DNA from: Octopus sinensis
Lineage: Eukaryota
Assembly (NCBI RefSeq): GCF_006345805.1
Contig: NC_043001.1
Span: 71,424,001-71,488,000, forward strand
Direction: 5' to 3'
Length of the DNA stretch: 64,000 nt
Positions within the stretch are counted from its first letter, which is position 1. Each line of letters begins with the position of its first letter. The notes beneath the pieces are model-generated. The model made no database searches, was not told where the DNA came from, and saw only the letters and a program-made list of their open reading frames with translations. A program made the position numbers and the translations under genes. This document shows, one piece after another, positions 26,093 to 39,589 of this stretch.

Positions 26093-26475
26093 ACGTGCTA
26101 AAATAAAATTCGGGACTTATGGAGGGTCAAAGTTGGGAACAAATACAGGACAGTGCAGACAAACAAAGAAACCGAACGAAAACAAAAATGGAGAGTCGTT
26201 AGAACTAAACGTGGGTAAAAATAGCGAAGGCTGGAGAAATATTTTCTTTGAGAAGAGAAAAGATATAAGAGAGAGATAGGATACATACTGTCGTGAGAGA
26301 AAAGAAAGACAGACAATCACGTGAGGAAGTGAAAGATGGACGGTGGTCACGTATGGTCTTCTTGCTAACGACCCACCATGTTTGTTTTCGTTCGGTTTCC
26401 TTGTTTGTCTCCATTGTCCTGTTTTTGTTCCCAACTTTGACCCTCCATAAGTCCCGAATTTTATTTTGGTGCGTA
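26093..26475. repeat. inverted repeat, ~110-bp arms with ~160-bp spacer
   Basis: aaaataaaattcgggacttatggagggtcaaagttgggaacaaa mirrored by tttgttcccaactttgaccctccataagtcccgaattttatttt. Confidence 0.93.
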
Positions 26476-26650
26476 TATATGCGTATGTATACTATGGGCT
26501 TCCACACACTTCCATCTACCAAATTCACATAACAAGGCCTGGAGCTTTATTGAAAGACACTCCGAAGCTGTCACGCACTGGTACTGAACACGAAACCAAG
26601 TGTTTTTCAAAACGAGCTTCTTACCTGTAAAGCCACATACCTGTGAGTGA

Positions 26651-26703
<53 letters not shown>

Positions 26704-27075
26704 CGCGCGCATATTTCAGTGCTTTGTGTGTGAGTGAGTTTGTGTGCGCAGGTGCGGATACTGAAGTATATGGAAAAGAGGAGAAAGTATACATACATAA
26801 GTATATATGTTTCTTCCCCCACCATCTGCACACACTTAAGAACGCACATCCACAACTAAGTTCATACACTTAGTTGCACACATTCAGCGTTATGCATATG
26901 TACATACAGTGGCACAGACACACACGCTCATAATGTATCCAACCATGTATCTATATGTATTACATAAATACCTCTACATACATATCCCTATAATATTTAA
27001 AATAGTTGTATTATTATGTGTACAAGTGTGTATGGGTGCTTGCGTGCGTGCACATATAATATATATGTGTGTGTG

Positions 27076-27111
<36 letters not shown>

Positions 27112-27198
27112 CATGTATGGATGTATGTATGTATGTATGCATGTATGTATGTATGTATGTATGCGTGTGCGTATAAGCATATATACACAAATTTATTT

Positions 27199-27247
<49 letters not shown>

Positions 27248-28619
27248 TATATATATAGATATATATATATATATATACATATATACATATATACATCTGT
27301 GTGTGTACATGTTTAAATATATATCTGCGTGTGTGTCTGTATGAATGTATGTACGTGTGTATGTGCGCATGTAAGTATTTATTATAGATATTTGACTGAA
27401 ATACGCTGCCTGAATGTAGTCAAGTATCCATGTAGGCAAAAAATTTTAATAACCCGATTTATTAACATAGCAATGTAATGAAACGTAAAGCTCACTGGGA
27501 AGAGACCCGAGTTAGTCTTTTGTGATGGATTTTCAAGAATTAAATACATTGAGCACGGCGTTCTGTTTCGTTTAATAACTTCGCCTCCGTTCATTTTCGA
27601 TGTTCATTCATTGTTTGATGTTAATTATGTTTTGATAACAACCAAATATCGATTTCTACAGTTATTGTGTTATTTCGATATATAAAACTGCCAGAGAAAC
27701 TACCGTTATCTCACATATCACTACTCCCCCTCCCACACTCTCTCTCAATCTCTCTTTCCCTCTCTACCTTCCTACTATTCATGTAAAGTCATATAGTGTC
27801 TTTTTTATGAAGTTCTCTCTTATTGTTTGAAAACCCATTTTCCCAATGATGTTGGAAATGTGTTCAAGATGGCGAGATGGTTATTTTATAGAACAGTTAC
27901 TAAATGAAATTGGAATTCGTGCTATATTTTCAATATTTTCCCTCAAGTAAATGTTTGCTATCTCTTTGAAAGTAGTATTTTTTTTTCTTCTCTCCAGCAT
28001 GCTTAAACATCTCTATCATAACGAGCTATAGCAGTTTTATCTACAGAGAAATTTTGATCGAGTCTCGGCTCCGTTTCAACGAATGACTATTCTAGTTGGT
28101 CGATTCACAGAGTAAGGTGGTCGTTGTATTGAAGTGTAAGTAATTGTTAATTTCGCCGGTATATGTTGCACTAAGTCGAATATCGTATCCTCAGTAGAAT
28201 TTCTGCAACACTGTATCTGACAAGGCTGACTTCTCGAATTACAGAAACAATAGTACAATTCCGCGTATGTGTTTGTGTGTGTATACACACACCCAAACAC
28301 AGAAACACACACATATATATATAATAGAAAGATTGAAAACGATGAACCACCTGTGTAAGTCTTCATTATCATTGAAATACAGGGTTATACGTAATATATT
28401 ATACAAACATGGAACAATCACATAGAGTACTTCGAGGTTCCCGATTAGCCACGGGCATGAAGTTATCCGATTTACAATCTGATAAATTCTAGCTCCGTGT
28501 GTTGTACATGAGTGTTTATACGTACATGTATGAGTGTGTGTCTATACATATATACATACATACATACATACATACATACATACATACAAACATACATACA
28601 TACATACATACATACATAC

Positions 28620-28790
28620 TATAGGATTCTTTTCAGTTTCTGTCAACCAAACCCACTCACAAAGCTTTGGTCACCCTGAGTCTATAGTAGAAGACACTTG
28701 CCCAAGGTACCACGCAGTGGGACTGAAATCGGAACCATGTGGTTGGTTAGCAAGCAACTTAACACACAGCAACTCCTGCGGCTATATATA
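28620..28790 (-). mobile_element. SINE family 1 head half
   Basis: tatagtagaagacacttgcccaaggtaccacgcagtgggactgaaatcggaaccatgtgg. Confidence 0.85.
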
Positions 28791-29030
28791 TTTCGAAATG
28801 CGGAGTAGATGAAACAGGGACAACTGATGAAGGGGAATATTATTTATATTGCATGTCTCGTTTGTTTTTTTTCGTTGTTCGAAAATAAGTTCGTTTTCTG
28901 TTTTTGTTTTTATGTTTTCGTTTCTCATTGTGTTCAACGTTTTCTTTTATGTCCTGTACCCATATATGCATGTATATATACATATATATGTAGCTACGTA
29001 CATATATGTATGTATATATGCATATATATA

Positions 29031-29116
<86 letters not shown>

Positions 29117-29471
29117 AAGTTGGGAGATGAGTCCAGGTAGATATAATGTATGCCTCAAAAGAGGACCGAAGCACATATAGTATTTCCAACAATTAGATTT
29201 GTCTAATATATGATGTACATAGGTTCAAAGAATATAAAACAAAGTTAACAATGGAAAAAAGGTATATTAATTATTTATTTATTTTTGTATCTATAACATT
29301 CCAAAAATATAGACATCAATAAATGAATAAAACATCCTACATATGTTTCAGCTGATTTACTAAGAGCATATCCATTTATAACGATATAATTAGATAATTA
29401 AATAAGTAATCAAAACAATCTATTGAGTAAAACAACTTCATCAGGCAATTTAAGTAGTTCGTAGTTACACA

Positions 29472-29502
<31 letters not shown>

Positions 29503-29550
29503 CACACAAACACACACACACACATATATGTATGTGAGTGTGTGTGTGTG

Positions 29551-29601
<51 letters not shown>

Positions 29602-30466
29602 GTATACAAATTTAGGGAATGGAGTAGATAAAATCTTGATTGCATATGTTTCGTAATTAGCGGAACTTCAGAAATAGTATTTATCCAAACGAGGGCTAGA
29701 CTGCAAGCTACTCTTCAGGCCAAAGATACCTTGATTACATGAAGATTACATGAACTTTACACGTTAGAAGATCCCATGTTATGATATTGTGCGTGTATGT
29801 GTGTGTTTGTGTGTGTATGTGTGTGTACATATTCTGCCTATCCAGTTTCACTTTGCACCACATTAAATGACCTAAATTCATGACAAAGTCTCATTCCGAA
29901 AGTGTTGTACTGTGAAGCCGAATCCATATTCTTTCTATTTGAGAATGTAAGTTATTAATCTCTCCACCATACGCCCAATATCTCGCGCCTTGAACTAAAT
30001 CCAAAAACATGTAACTGAGAAAGCAAATATATCATTTTCTTTACTATGCAATCGATCTGCTGTACAGTTGTTTCGAACCCAGAACCTTGTAAAAGAGAAG
30101 TAAATTCCTTAACAATTTCACCATGTGTCATACTGGAATTTTTCACATCAAAACATCGAATTGTTTTGTTCTGTTAAATTTCAGAAAAACCTTTTATATT
30201 TTACATGGACATTTTAATGGTGCTAGTAAAACTAAACAGATGGTGATGACGTCTTTATCTAGCTAAATTCGCTGTTTTTCAGTTACCATCAGGTTTTGGA
30301 ACAGAACACAGCCTTCGTTTGCTGTTCAAAACTTATCAAGAACAGAGAATGAGAGAGATTTTTGACGCATCCTATATATTGCTATTAAAATGGGGGAACA
30401 TAAATACTGGTTAAGCTGCAGATTGAATATATATGATATGAGATGATATGATTGACTGAATGGGAT

Positions 30467-30620
30467 TCTATTCGCTTTATTCAGCAAAGTTCATGTGGTT
30501 TGTTTCATACTTTTGTGATTTTGTTTGGGAAATTGGTAAGTGGGAGGAAATATTTAAACGGGAAGTCGTAAGAAATGTTCAGAAAAAGAAAATGAATGTG
30601 AAATATAATAAAATAGATGT
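30467..30620 (+). repeat. dispersed ~155 bp repeat, copy 2
   Basis: matches 14305-14462. Confidence 0.9.
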
Positions 30621-31799
30621 ATATTCCTGTTCAGATGGTAGAACATCAATAATGGTAAAGCTGCGGGTTAAATCTCTTCTATCAGTTAGTTTTGTTCCTT
30701 TCTTTCAACTACTGTTGATAAATACAATAGCAGTAACGTACTGGAGTTTGTCGAAATGATTTTAACTTTCACCGACATATGTTCTGCCCTATTGCAAATT
30801 GATACACCAATATATCTGCGTGTGTAAATACAGAATACGCAAAGTGAGGCAAATCAAATTGGCAATCAGCTTGGTTTTGTACAAAAGTAAAAGAATAAAT
30901 GTATATCATATAACTTACTTGTTTAATTCTTCAGTTTTTAAAATTATTTTTGCGGCGGCAGATGAATAAGCGAATGTCTAGAGGCAATTGTATTTCTCCC
31001 ACAATAGATATCACTTAGATATAGACAGCAAAGCGCGTGCAGACACAGGCACAGATACACTCACACACATACAAACACACACTCACATGCACATGCATAC
31101 GCACACACATATACATACAAACGCATGTGTGACTATATGTATATTTTTCTTATAATTTCATTTAAGTCCTTGTTAAGCGAGTTCAAGCCATAATTCTCAT
31201 GCATATAATTTGTCACTAACAAAGTGACAAAACATTTTGAGTTAAGAGAGCACCCGCTGTTTGCAAAGATGTCGTTGAATTGGTGTGTTGGTTGAGTTGT
31301 CGATGCACACAACCACGTGTGTGCATCTGTTCACCTAAAGAATTTCAGATGGAAAATCTTTAAGATGTCTTACAAATCTTCATTATACCGTCATTTTTCT
31401 TTGCTCTTTTTTTTTTAAAAACCTAGTTTTTGTAAGTTTTGTGTATATTTGTAAGTACATAAGCCTAATGCACCTATTAAGGTAGGTACAAATGAAAATT
31501 TGTAATTAGAGTACAAGAACTGCAACTTTCGCACTAATTTATCATGAATGTTCTTTTTTACCTGGATTCTTGATGATACATATACATTCGCTGCGCATCT
31601 GACCTCTATAACGGCGCATGGATTTTGTTCCCTGTCCCACTGAACAATATTAACTCTTTAATTTTTCCTCCGAAATTTTTGGGTTTTTTTATGGAGTGTT
31701 CTACCAGTATTCCTTGTTTTTAGATGTGTGTGTGCGTGTTGGTTCTGACAGGCCTTTGATGTATACATCAGGGCAATCCCTCCTGTGAAATAGCATTGT

Positions 31800-32565
31800 A
31801 AGTAGTTTTTGCAACTATATCAGGTCTTAGAGGTAGATTGTATCTCGTAGACATTTTGGGGCAGCTGCTGATATGATGGATGATATTTTCCACATAGGTA
31901 GAGCGGAGCCTACAAATTTTTATCAAAACGTGGAGACTTGAAGGTATCTTGGTTTATTTAGTAGCTATCTCTTGTTCCTGGATAGCGAAGGCATATACTT
32001 CAAGTGGGATGTAGTGTATCTATCACTGGACCAGGAGAGGCTACTCTTCCTATCAAATGCTGTTGTTGTCCTCTAGCTTACGGGATATGTACCCATGCAT
32101 GGCTTTTTGCTGGTGTGATGCGTGCTTCTTCTTCAAGTTTCTGTTTAAGTAGGCCAATCGAGCCTCCTTTTGATTGCATCAGGCGGTTGTATTCCTAGAG
32201 TACCTACCCAGCAGTTCTCCAACTCTGAAGATGTTGCTGCTCTCACTTTTGAATATGCATGTAATATATTCGTTTCCTTCTTTGCTGTTCAGCTGAGGTT
32301 GCCTGAGTGATACAATGCGACAATCAAATGTTATTTGGGCTAACATTATGCCTTTGCGCACAGATTCTGTCGATGTCGTACTTGATGTGGAAGTTGCCAG
32401 TTATGGTCAGTATCTTTCTAGTTTTGATGTCTAGGTTGCGGATCTCGTCAAGAGACCATTCCAATATCCCAAATTTTAGTACTAGCACTGGCATTTCAAG
32501 GCCTTGTATGATATAGCATTGTTGAATGCCGATAGCTCTTTAGCTGTTCTGGTTTAATCACAACT
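31800..32565 (-). pseudogene. decayed R4-type (RLE) LINE, RT thumb to zinc-knuckle region
   Basis: ELSAFN.. / MPVLVLKFGILEWSLDEIRNLDIKTRKILTITGNFHIKYDIDRI and EVYAFAIQEQEIATK parallel the LINE at 55.5 kb (ELNAKNK..AVPVISYSYNILNWT..EL..IDRKT; EGFLIAAQDQSLPTR). Confidence 0.75.
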
Positions 32566-32671
32566 TCAACGTATGCAGCATACTCATCGATTCGATGATA
32601 CTTATAGTTTTCATTATATACCTAATATTTGTATGTACGCATGTATGTATACATTCCTACGTGTATGTATG

Positions 32672-32710
<39 letters not shown>

Positions 32711-32921
32711 GAAAAATCCGAAACCGGTACTGCATTATCCGCTATCTAGGTTTTTCATTTTTCAGATGTTCTTCCTAGAGGTAAGACAATTTTCTTCATG
32801 TTTGTTGCACACACGCATCTTTACTAGTACATACACAGTGAAGCTATACATTAGCGTCGTATTTATTACGTTCGCTATTTCCAGTAAATATCGGTACTTC
32901 GTTGTACCATTTATTTACTTT

Positions 32922-32980
<59 letters not shown>

Positions 32981-32981
<1 letters not shown>

Positions 32982-33696
32982 GTCATTATACAGTTATATT
33001 TCAAATTTCTTGCCAATAGATAAAGAGCCGGTTTTTAACCTAGGTCGAAGGCTCCTTCATTAGAATTTCAACATTCACAGGGTATTTTTGTCTGTCTGTA
33101 TGTATGTATATGTGTAGATTTGTATGTTTTGTTTTATGCATGGTTTCTCATGCATATAATTGCATGTCTAGGCATGCACGTATATACTTAAATGATAACT
33201 TCAGGGCAGTCGTACAGATTTTTAGTTCCAGTGATGGCTTGGATCTGTAGTCTTCGAATTAGCTTTCTCTTCTCTGGTTTTGAGAAGCCTAATTTCTTAA
33301 GATTGGTATTTAGGCAATGTGTTATATATCCCAGTGTCCCAATAATTACAGGATTGAACCTGAACTTGTAATCTGGATAGAATAACTGCAAATTTCTCTA
33401 TAGTTCAGCATAGGTGTTCTCTTTTTAACTGATCTTTAGATTTATATATGTATGTATATATATTTGTATGCATTCATCTATTTATCTACCTATCTATTCT
33501 TTTCTTTTCTTTTACTTGTTTCAGTCATTTAACAGCGGCCATGTTGGAGCACCGCCTTTAGTTGGAGAAATCAACCGCAGGAATTATTCTTTGTAGACCT
33601 AACCTCTTTAGCCAAGCTGCTAAGTTACGGGGATATAAACACACCAATTACGGTTGTCAAGCAATTGTTGGGGGCAAAAACAGACAGACACACACA

Positions 33697-33741
<45 letters not shown>

Positions 33742-33763
33742 ATATATATATATATATATATAG

Positions 33764-33825
<62 letters not shown>

Positions 33826-34526
33826 ATTATACAGTTATATTTCAAATTTCTTGCCAATAGATAAAGAGCCGGTTTTTAACCTAGGTCGAAGGCTCCTTCA
33901 TTAGAATTTCAACATTCACAGGGTATTTTTGTCTGTCTGTATGTATGTATATGTGTAGATTTGTATGTTTTGTTTTATGCATGGTTTCTCATGCATATAA
34001 TTGCATGTCTAGGCATGCACGTATATACTTAAATGATAACTTCAGGGCAGTCGTACAGATTTTTAGTTCCAGTGATGGCTTGGATCTGTAGTCTTCGAAT
34101 TAGCTTTCTCTTCTCTGGTTTTGAGAAGCCTAATTTCTTAAGATTGGTATTTAGGCAATGTGTTATATATCCCAGTGTCCCAATAATTACAGGATTGAAC
34201 CTGAACTTGTAATCTGGATAGAATAACTGCAAATTTCTCTATAGTTCAGCATAGGTGTTCTCTTTTTAACTGATCTTTAGATTTATATATGTATGTATAT
34301 ATATTTGTATGCATTCATCTATTTATCTACCTATCTATTCTTTTCTTTTCTTTTACTTGTTCAGTCATTTAACAGCGGCCATGTTGGAGCACCGCCTTTA
34401 GTTGGAGAAATCAACCGCAGGAATTATTCTTTGTAGACCTAACCTCTTTAGCCAAGCTGCTAAGTTACGGGGATATAAACACACCAATTACGGTTGTCAA
34501 GCAATTGTTGGGGGCAAAAACAGACA

Positions 34527-34584
<58 letters not shown>

Positions 34585-34591
34585 GATATAG

Positions 34592-34600
<9 letters not shown>
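32981..34600. repeat. near-identical tandem duplication, period 841 bp
   Basis: unit starts tgtcattatacagttatatttc at 32981 and 33822; identical ORFs at 33188-33391 and 34029-34232; units bounded by TA/CA tracts. Confidence 0.97.
33188..33400 (-). pseudogene. RLE-LINE extreme C-terminus (duplicated at 34029-34240)
   Basis: MQLFYPDYKFRFNPVIIGTLGYI contains the P(I/V)I(I/V)G.LG motif of restriction-like endonuclease LINEs. Confidence 0.75.
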
Positions 34601-34634
<34 letters not shown>

Positions 34635-34800
34635 TACGCTGGTCTTCTTTTAGTTACCGTCTACCACATCCACTCACAAGGATTTGGTCGACTCGAGGCT
34701 ATAGTAGAAGACACTTGCCCAAGTTGCCCCACAGTGGGTCGGAACCTGGAACTATGAGGTCTGGAAGCAAGCTTCTTACCACACAGCAACGACTGCGCCT
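34355..34800 (-). mobile_element. SINE family 1, complete; tail half also duplicated at ~33510-33690
   Basis: tail cagtcatttaacagcggccatgttggagcaccgcc, CA/TA/GA spacer, head ggctatagtagaagacacttgccc. Confidence 0.85.
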
Positions 34801-36688
34801 GTATGTATGCATGTATGTATGTATGTATGTATGTATGTATGTATGTATGTATGTATGTATGTATGTATGTATGTATGTATGTATGTATGTATGTATGTAT
34901 GTATGCATGTATGTATGTATGTATGTATGTATGTATGTATGTATATGTATGTATGTATGCATGTATGTATGTATGTATGTATGTATGTATGTATGTATGT
35001 ATGTATGTATGTATGCTATGTATGTATGTATGTATGTATGTATGTATGTATGTATGTATGTATGTATGTGTGTATGATTCTATACACGTACCAAATTGTA
35101 TTCACGTAAAGATGTTAGGTCGCAGTTCCTGAGCACACTCTGGCCTTAAAACACAGGCATTAATATGAATTGTTAAACAAATGACTTTTTCAAATTCCAA
35201 TCGCAAACGTTATTTATAAGAGATTTTTCACTTTATTCCTGAAACTATATTGTTTCAGATATATAATGTGCAGAATGTAGCCACAGTTTTCCTGTTGGTT
35301 TCCATTAACATCAAACTCACTGCAGAGTTAAAGTAAATTCTGTATATCATATATATATATATTTCAGGAGAGAACGCCATATAATTATCTAATTAATCAA
35401 AACACAAACTGTAAAATTTGGTTAACTTCCAAGGATTTATTTATATTGTCTCTATGCGAATTTTTAAAATGTTCGTTTCTTTTTGTCACTTATATAATTA
35501 AATGGCCATTTTCTGATATTTTTTGTTTTGCTTTTGTATTTTCCTTTCATTTTCATGTTTAGAATTCAATATCTTTCTTGTAATTAGAGTAATCTGCCAC
35601 TGAAACGTTTCTGATTGTACCAAACCATATTAAAAACGATTCCGATTCAAAATATCTTCTATATGTAACTTACGCAGGTATATCGAGAACGTCTCCAATG
35701 TATTCCATTTGTAATGTATACAGTTATATATTTCAAAGCCAATCAGATGTATAAAATACCCATGAATTTTTGTATTACTAGCCTAATACCTGGTCTACAG
35801 ATGAATAAAACTAAATGTGAACAGAAGTCTTTCACTAAGATATATTAACATTACATGACAACTTTATTGTATCAAAACACAAATTAGGAATATTTTCAAA
35901 GAAAGTGTTTTGAATTTAATTTAAGAACTGTATTTTTTGCAATTCATGTTAAAGGCCAAAATATTTTACTAGTTTGCTTCATATTGCATTTGTTATCGTC
36001 TATTACAGAAAGCTAAAATGCCAGGTAGAAAACTTTTCATAGACTAAAAAATAGAGGAAATGAATGTAAAAAAAATTAGTAATGTACTACTTTCTAATAG
36101 CACATTAGATGTAAGGTCATAAAATATCTAATTTGATTGAAACAGAACAAATATGATGGATTAATGTGAGTTGAATCTTCTCTCGGTAAATACGAAACAT
36201 TGCCGTTTCAATAGTTGTTTGCTTGTGATTTTTATGATATATTTAGTAACGTATGCATTTGAAGAGTCATGCCACAAGTTAAACAATATTTAATATAATT
36301 AATTTATTTGTGGAAAAAATAAACAAAATATTTGCGTTGATGGGACTGTCGCTGTAGAGGAGGTAGAAGTTGCCGGTTCTGTTGAATGAATAAAAAATAC
36401 GAAACTTGAATGTAACCACCGTTGCTTTCTTCATCAATGTCTGTCATAGAATTGTATGCTTTAACACCTAAAATTAAAAGTAAAAAATGCCGGAAAACTT
36501 GTGAATTTTATTAAATCAATACCTCTAATTTCCGAAAATTCATTTTATATTAAAATATAGGAAACCTACATGCAACTGGTTATCGCACGGAAAACAGTAG
36601 GTGAGATTTTCGAATTGCATGACGAAATTGAGTTACTTCAATCTGAGCCAAAAGATTGGTTCTGGGTGGGGAAATGTTATGTTTCTCT

Positions 36689-36749
<61 letters not shown>

Positions 36750-37096
36750 CATGCTTTACTTGAATGTATCTATTCTTGTGATGTAGAGTACCAACGTAGC
36801 ATGCTTGAAAGTCCAATGTTTGATGAATGCCGAAGCGTGACCTAAAACTATAACGAGAATGGTGAGTTTGGTTGTTTTAAACGGCTAAGGACAGACTTTT
36901 GAAAATTTCTTCGTTTATCAGTGAGTATTTCCCCAAATTATAAATACAACCAATTTAGTTTTGCAACATTTATCTGTGATGTGTAGGCCAAAAAAGGAAT
37001 AATAATTATTTTCAGATAACTTTTTAAGAAAATGTTTCCCAATCAAAGGGCATGCATGAAAAGATTACCCTAACACAATGTTATAAAGTGGCTGCA

Positions 37097-37520
37097 TACT
37101 CTTTTTTTACTCTTTTACTCTTTTATTTGTTTCAGTCATTTTACTGCGGCCATGCTGGAGCACCGCCTTTAGTCGAGCAAATCGACCCCAGAACTTATTC
37201 TTTGTAAGCCTAGTACTTATTCTATTGGTCACTTTTACTGAACCGCTAAGTTACGGGGACGTAAACATACTAGCATCGGTTGTCAAGCTATGTTGGGGGG
37301 GACAAACACATATACATACATATGCATATATACGACGGGCTTCTTTCAGTTTCCGTCTACCAAATCCACTCACAAGGCTTTGGTCAGCCCGAGGCTATAG
37401 TAGAAGACGCTTGCCCAATGTGCCACGCAGTGGGACTGAACCCGGAACTATGTGGTTGGTAAGCAAGCTTCTTACCACACAGACATTCCTGAGACTTACT
37501 TACCACACAGCCACTCCTGT
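37097..37520 (-). mobile_element. SINE family 1, complete and little diverged
   Basis: full tail, core and tRNA-like head (gggactgaacccggaac); the 5' end cttaccacacag is locally duplicated. Confidence 0.93.
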
Positions 37521-38079
37521 ATGCAATATTTTAAAACTTAACATCAGAGTATTTTAAAAGCGGTGAAATACAACTCCATATTTCCGCTCCCCCTTTACAC
37601 AAAATTGATAGTTACATGTGTGTGTGTGTTTATCCAAATGGTGAATGTTCATTAAATCTCAGCAGAGAATTTTCACGCGCGCGCAAACCCACTCACGACA
37701 CGTACACACGCTTTGTTGCGTGTTGCTCATTTCATTCTCATCTGGTTAAGATTTCATATAAACTCTTCGGATAATCGGATACAGTTTTCCAGCTTTATTT
37801 TAGCACAATGATTGTTCACTGCAAATCGTGTGAATTAACCGATACCCGTGGGGGGGCTTTCTAAGTCAAAGTACAAGGTTTATACTCAAACTGAATTTAT
37901 ACTCACACACCTTTATATATATACATATAATATATACAGTATATACACACCTTTATATATATATACATATAATATAAACAGTAATATTTCATAAGCTTAT
38001 AAGCGTTCACCGTGCAATGACTATAGAAAATAGTCTCATAATGGGGTATATAAACCCGCGACGAAAAAGTATGTTTTCC

Positions 38080-38152
38080 AGTACGTGTGGGACTCGAACC
38101 CACATCTCTTTGTTTTCGTGACAAGTGTGTTAGCCGATTACTACAACGTACA
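38080..38152 (-). tRNA. tRNA-like pseudogene (73 nt) inside a repeat
   Basis: acceptor gtacgt/acgtac, perfect T arm gtggg-TTCGAGT-cccac, anticodon arm ttgt-cacgaaa-acaa (non-canonical A33), T-run ~12 nt downstream. Confidence 0.5.
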
Positions 38153-38307
38153 ACCATGCTAGGTTTTTCCGTAGCCGTATTGTTATTTACAGAAATGTAA
38201 AAATCGACGCTGTTTAACAAAAACCATCGCAGAAAAAGCACATGGAAGTTTGTTTACAAAACAATACTATGAACGAATTATAGTTCTTAAATCTGATGGC
38301 TAGCAAT

Positions 38308-38450
38308 TGGCTAGCATACTTGTCGCGAAAACATAGAGATGTGCATTCCCATGCGCACGGGAAAACGTACATTTTTTTCCGCCGAGCGCTTACATGCCCG
38401 TTTAGTAGACTATTTTCTTTAGTCACTGCACAATGATCGTTTATCAATAA
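38308..38450 (+). repeat. inverted paralogue of the tRNA-like repeat, T-loop deleted
   Basis: ggctagcatacttgtcgcgaaaacatagagatgtg...ggaaaacgtac...gactattttctttagtcactgcac matches the reverse complement of 37995-38150. Confidence 0.75.
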
Positions 38451-39039
38451 TATTAATACGCTAACTTTTTTCTTGTACCAAGTAATGGAAGAAAGCATTA
38501 AAAACAATTAAATTCATAGAGCTGGACAAAATTAAAAAATATTTATTCTATTTTTACCCTTTAAGAGCATACTAACAAGAGAGATTTGGCCGTTGTCTTT
38601 ACAACACTCAACAGCCACAGAGTTGTTCAATAGACTCATTTGTTGATGTGCATGAGTAAGAAAAAACTAAAAGACACATGCATACATATATGAATGTATG
38701 TGTGTGTGCGATAATAAGTGTCGCGTGGTGGAAATAAACACAACTTTCTCTTTCTATATTTTTTGTTAACTTAGAATTTCTCAGTTGGTTAGGATTTTTG
38801 CAAGTACATTTTTCTTGTATCAAGCAATTGACGAAAACATTAAAAAACTTAAATTCATAGAGCCGAACAAAATCAAAAATATTAATTCTATTTTGTCGAG
38901 TATGCCAGAAATATTTTCACATTTTAAACAAAAACTGTCTATGACATACATATATGTTTTTCAACTGAAACACTCTGAATCATTTTGGAGATTTATTGTT
39001 TTAATAACAAGTTTTAAAATATTGATAATCGCATGAGGG

Positions 39040-39345
39040 ACACAGCACGAGAGCGTCAGTGTAGACGAAGAGAACGGCTGCGCAAGGAACAGAGGGTGGA
39101 AATAATGAATCAAAATCGCGCGAGGGTGAGAAAGAGAGGAAACGAAATAAGTCAAGAGGAGTGGGAGCGTATCCTACGGCATAGGAGGGAAAGAATCAGC
39201 AAAAGGTAGAACAAATGAGCCAGGACTAAAGAGAAGTGTATTTTCAAAATAAAAGAGATAGATATCAACAGAATCGAGAATGCATGAGTCAAGAGCAAAG
39301 GCAACTGTACTTAGAAAATATTAGAAACAGAGTTGCATCTCTCTC
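39040..39345 (+). pseudogene. decayed reading frame with 23-residue charged repeats (STPR-like)
   Basis: LRKEQRVEIMNQNRARVRKRGNE / ISQEEWERILRHRRERISKRVEQ / MSQD*REVYFQNKRDRYQQNREC / [20 protein letters not shown], with one frameshift and one stop. Confidence 0.55.
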
Positions 39346-39589
39346 GGCATACCAACACACCACAATCGCACCAGCCAGCATCCCCACCACCTCCAAACCG
39401 GTCATATTTATATATGAGTGTGTTTGTGTGCGTCTGTGCATGTATGTGTGTGTATGTATATATACACACACATATATATATATATATATGTATATATATA
39501 TGTATATATATATATGTATATGTATATATATATATATGTATATATATGTGTATATATATATACATATATGTGTATGTATATATTTATGT

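Noticed and set aside
29340-29720. ctgatga/ctgaaga and gaaacatatg pieces on the minus strand
   Set aside because: Core elements are not connected by a valid stem II; only suggestive
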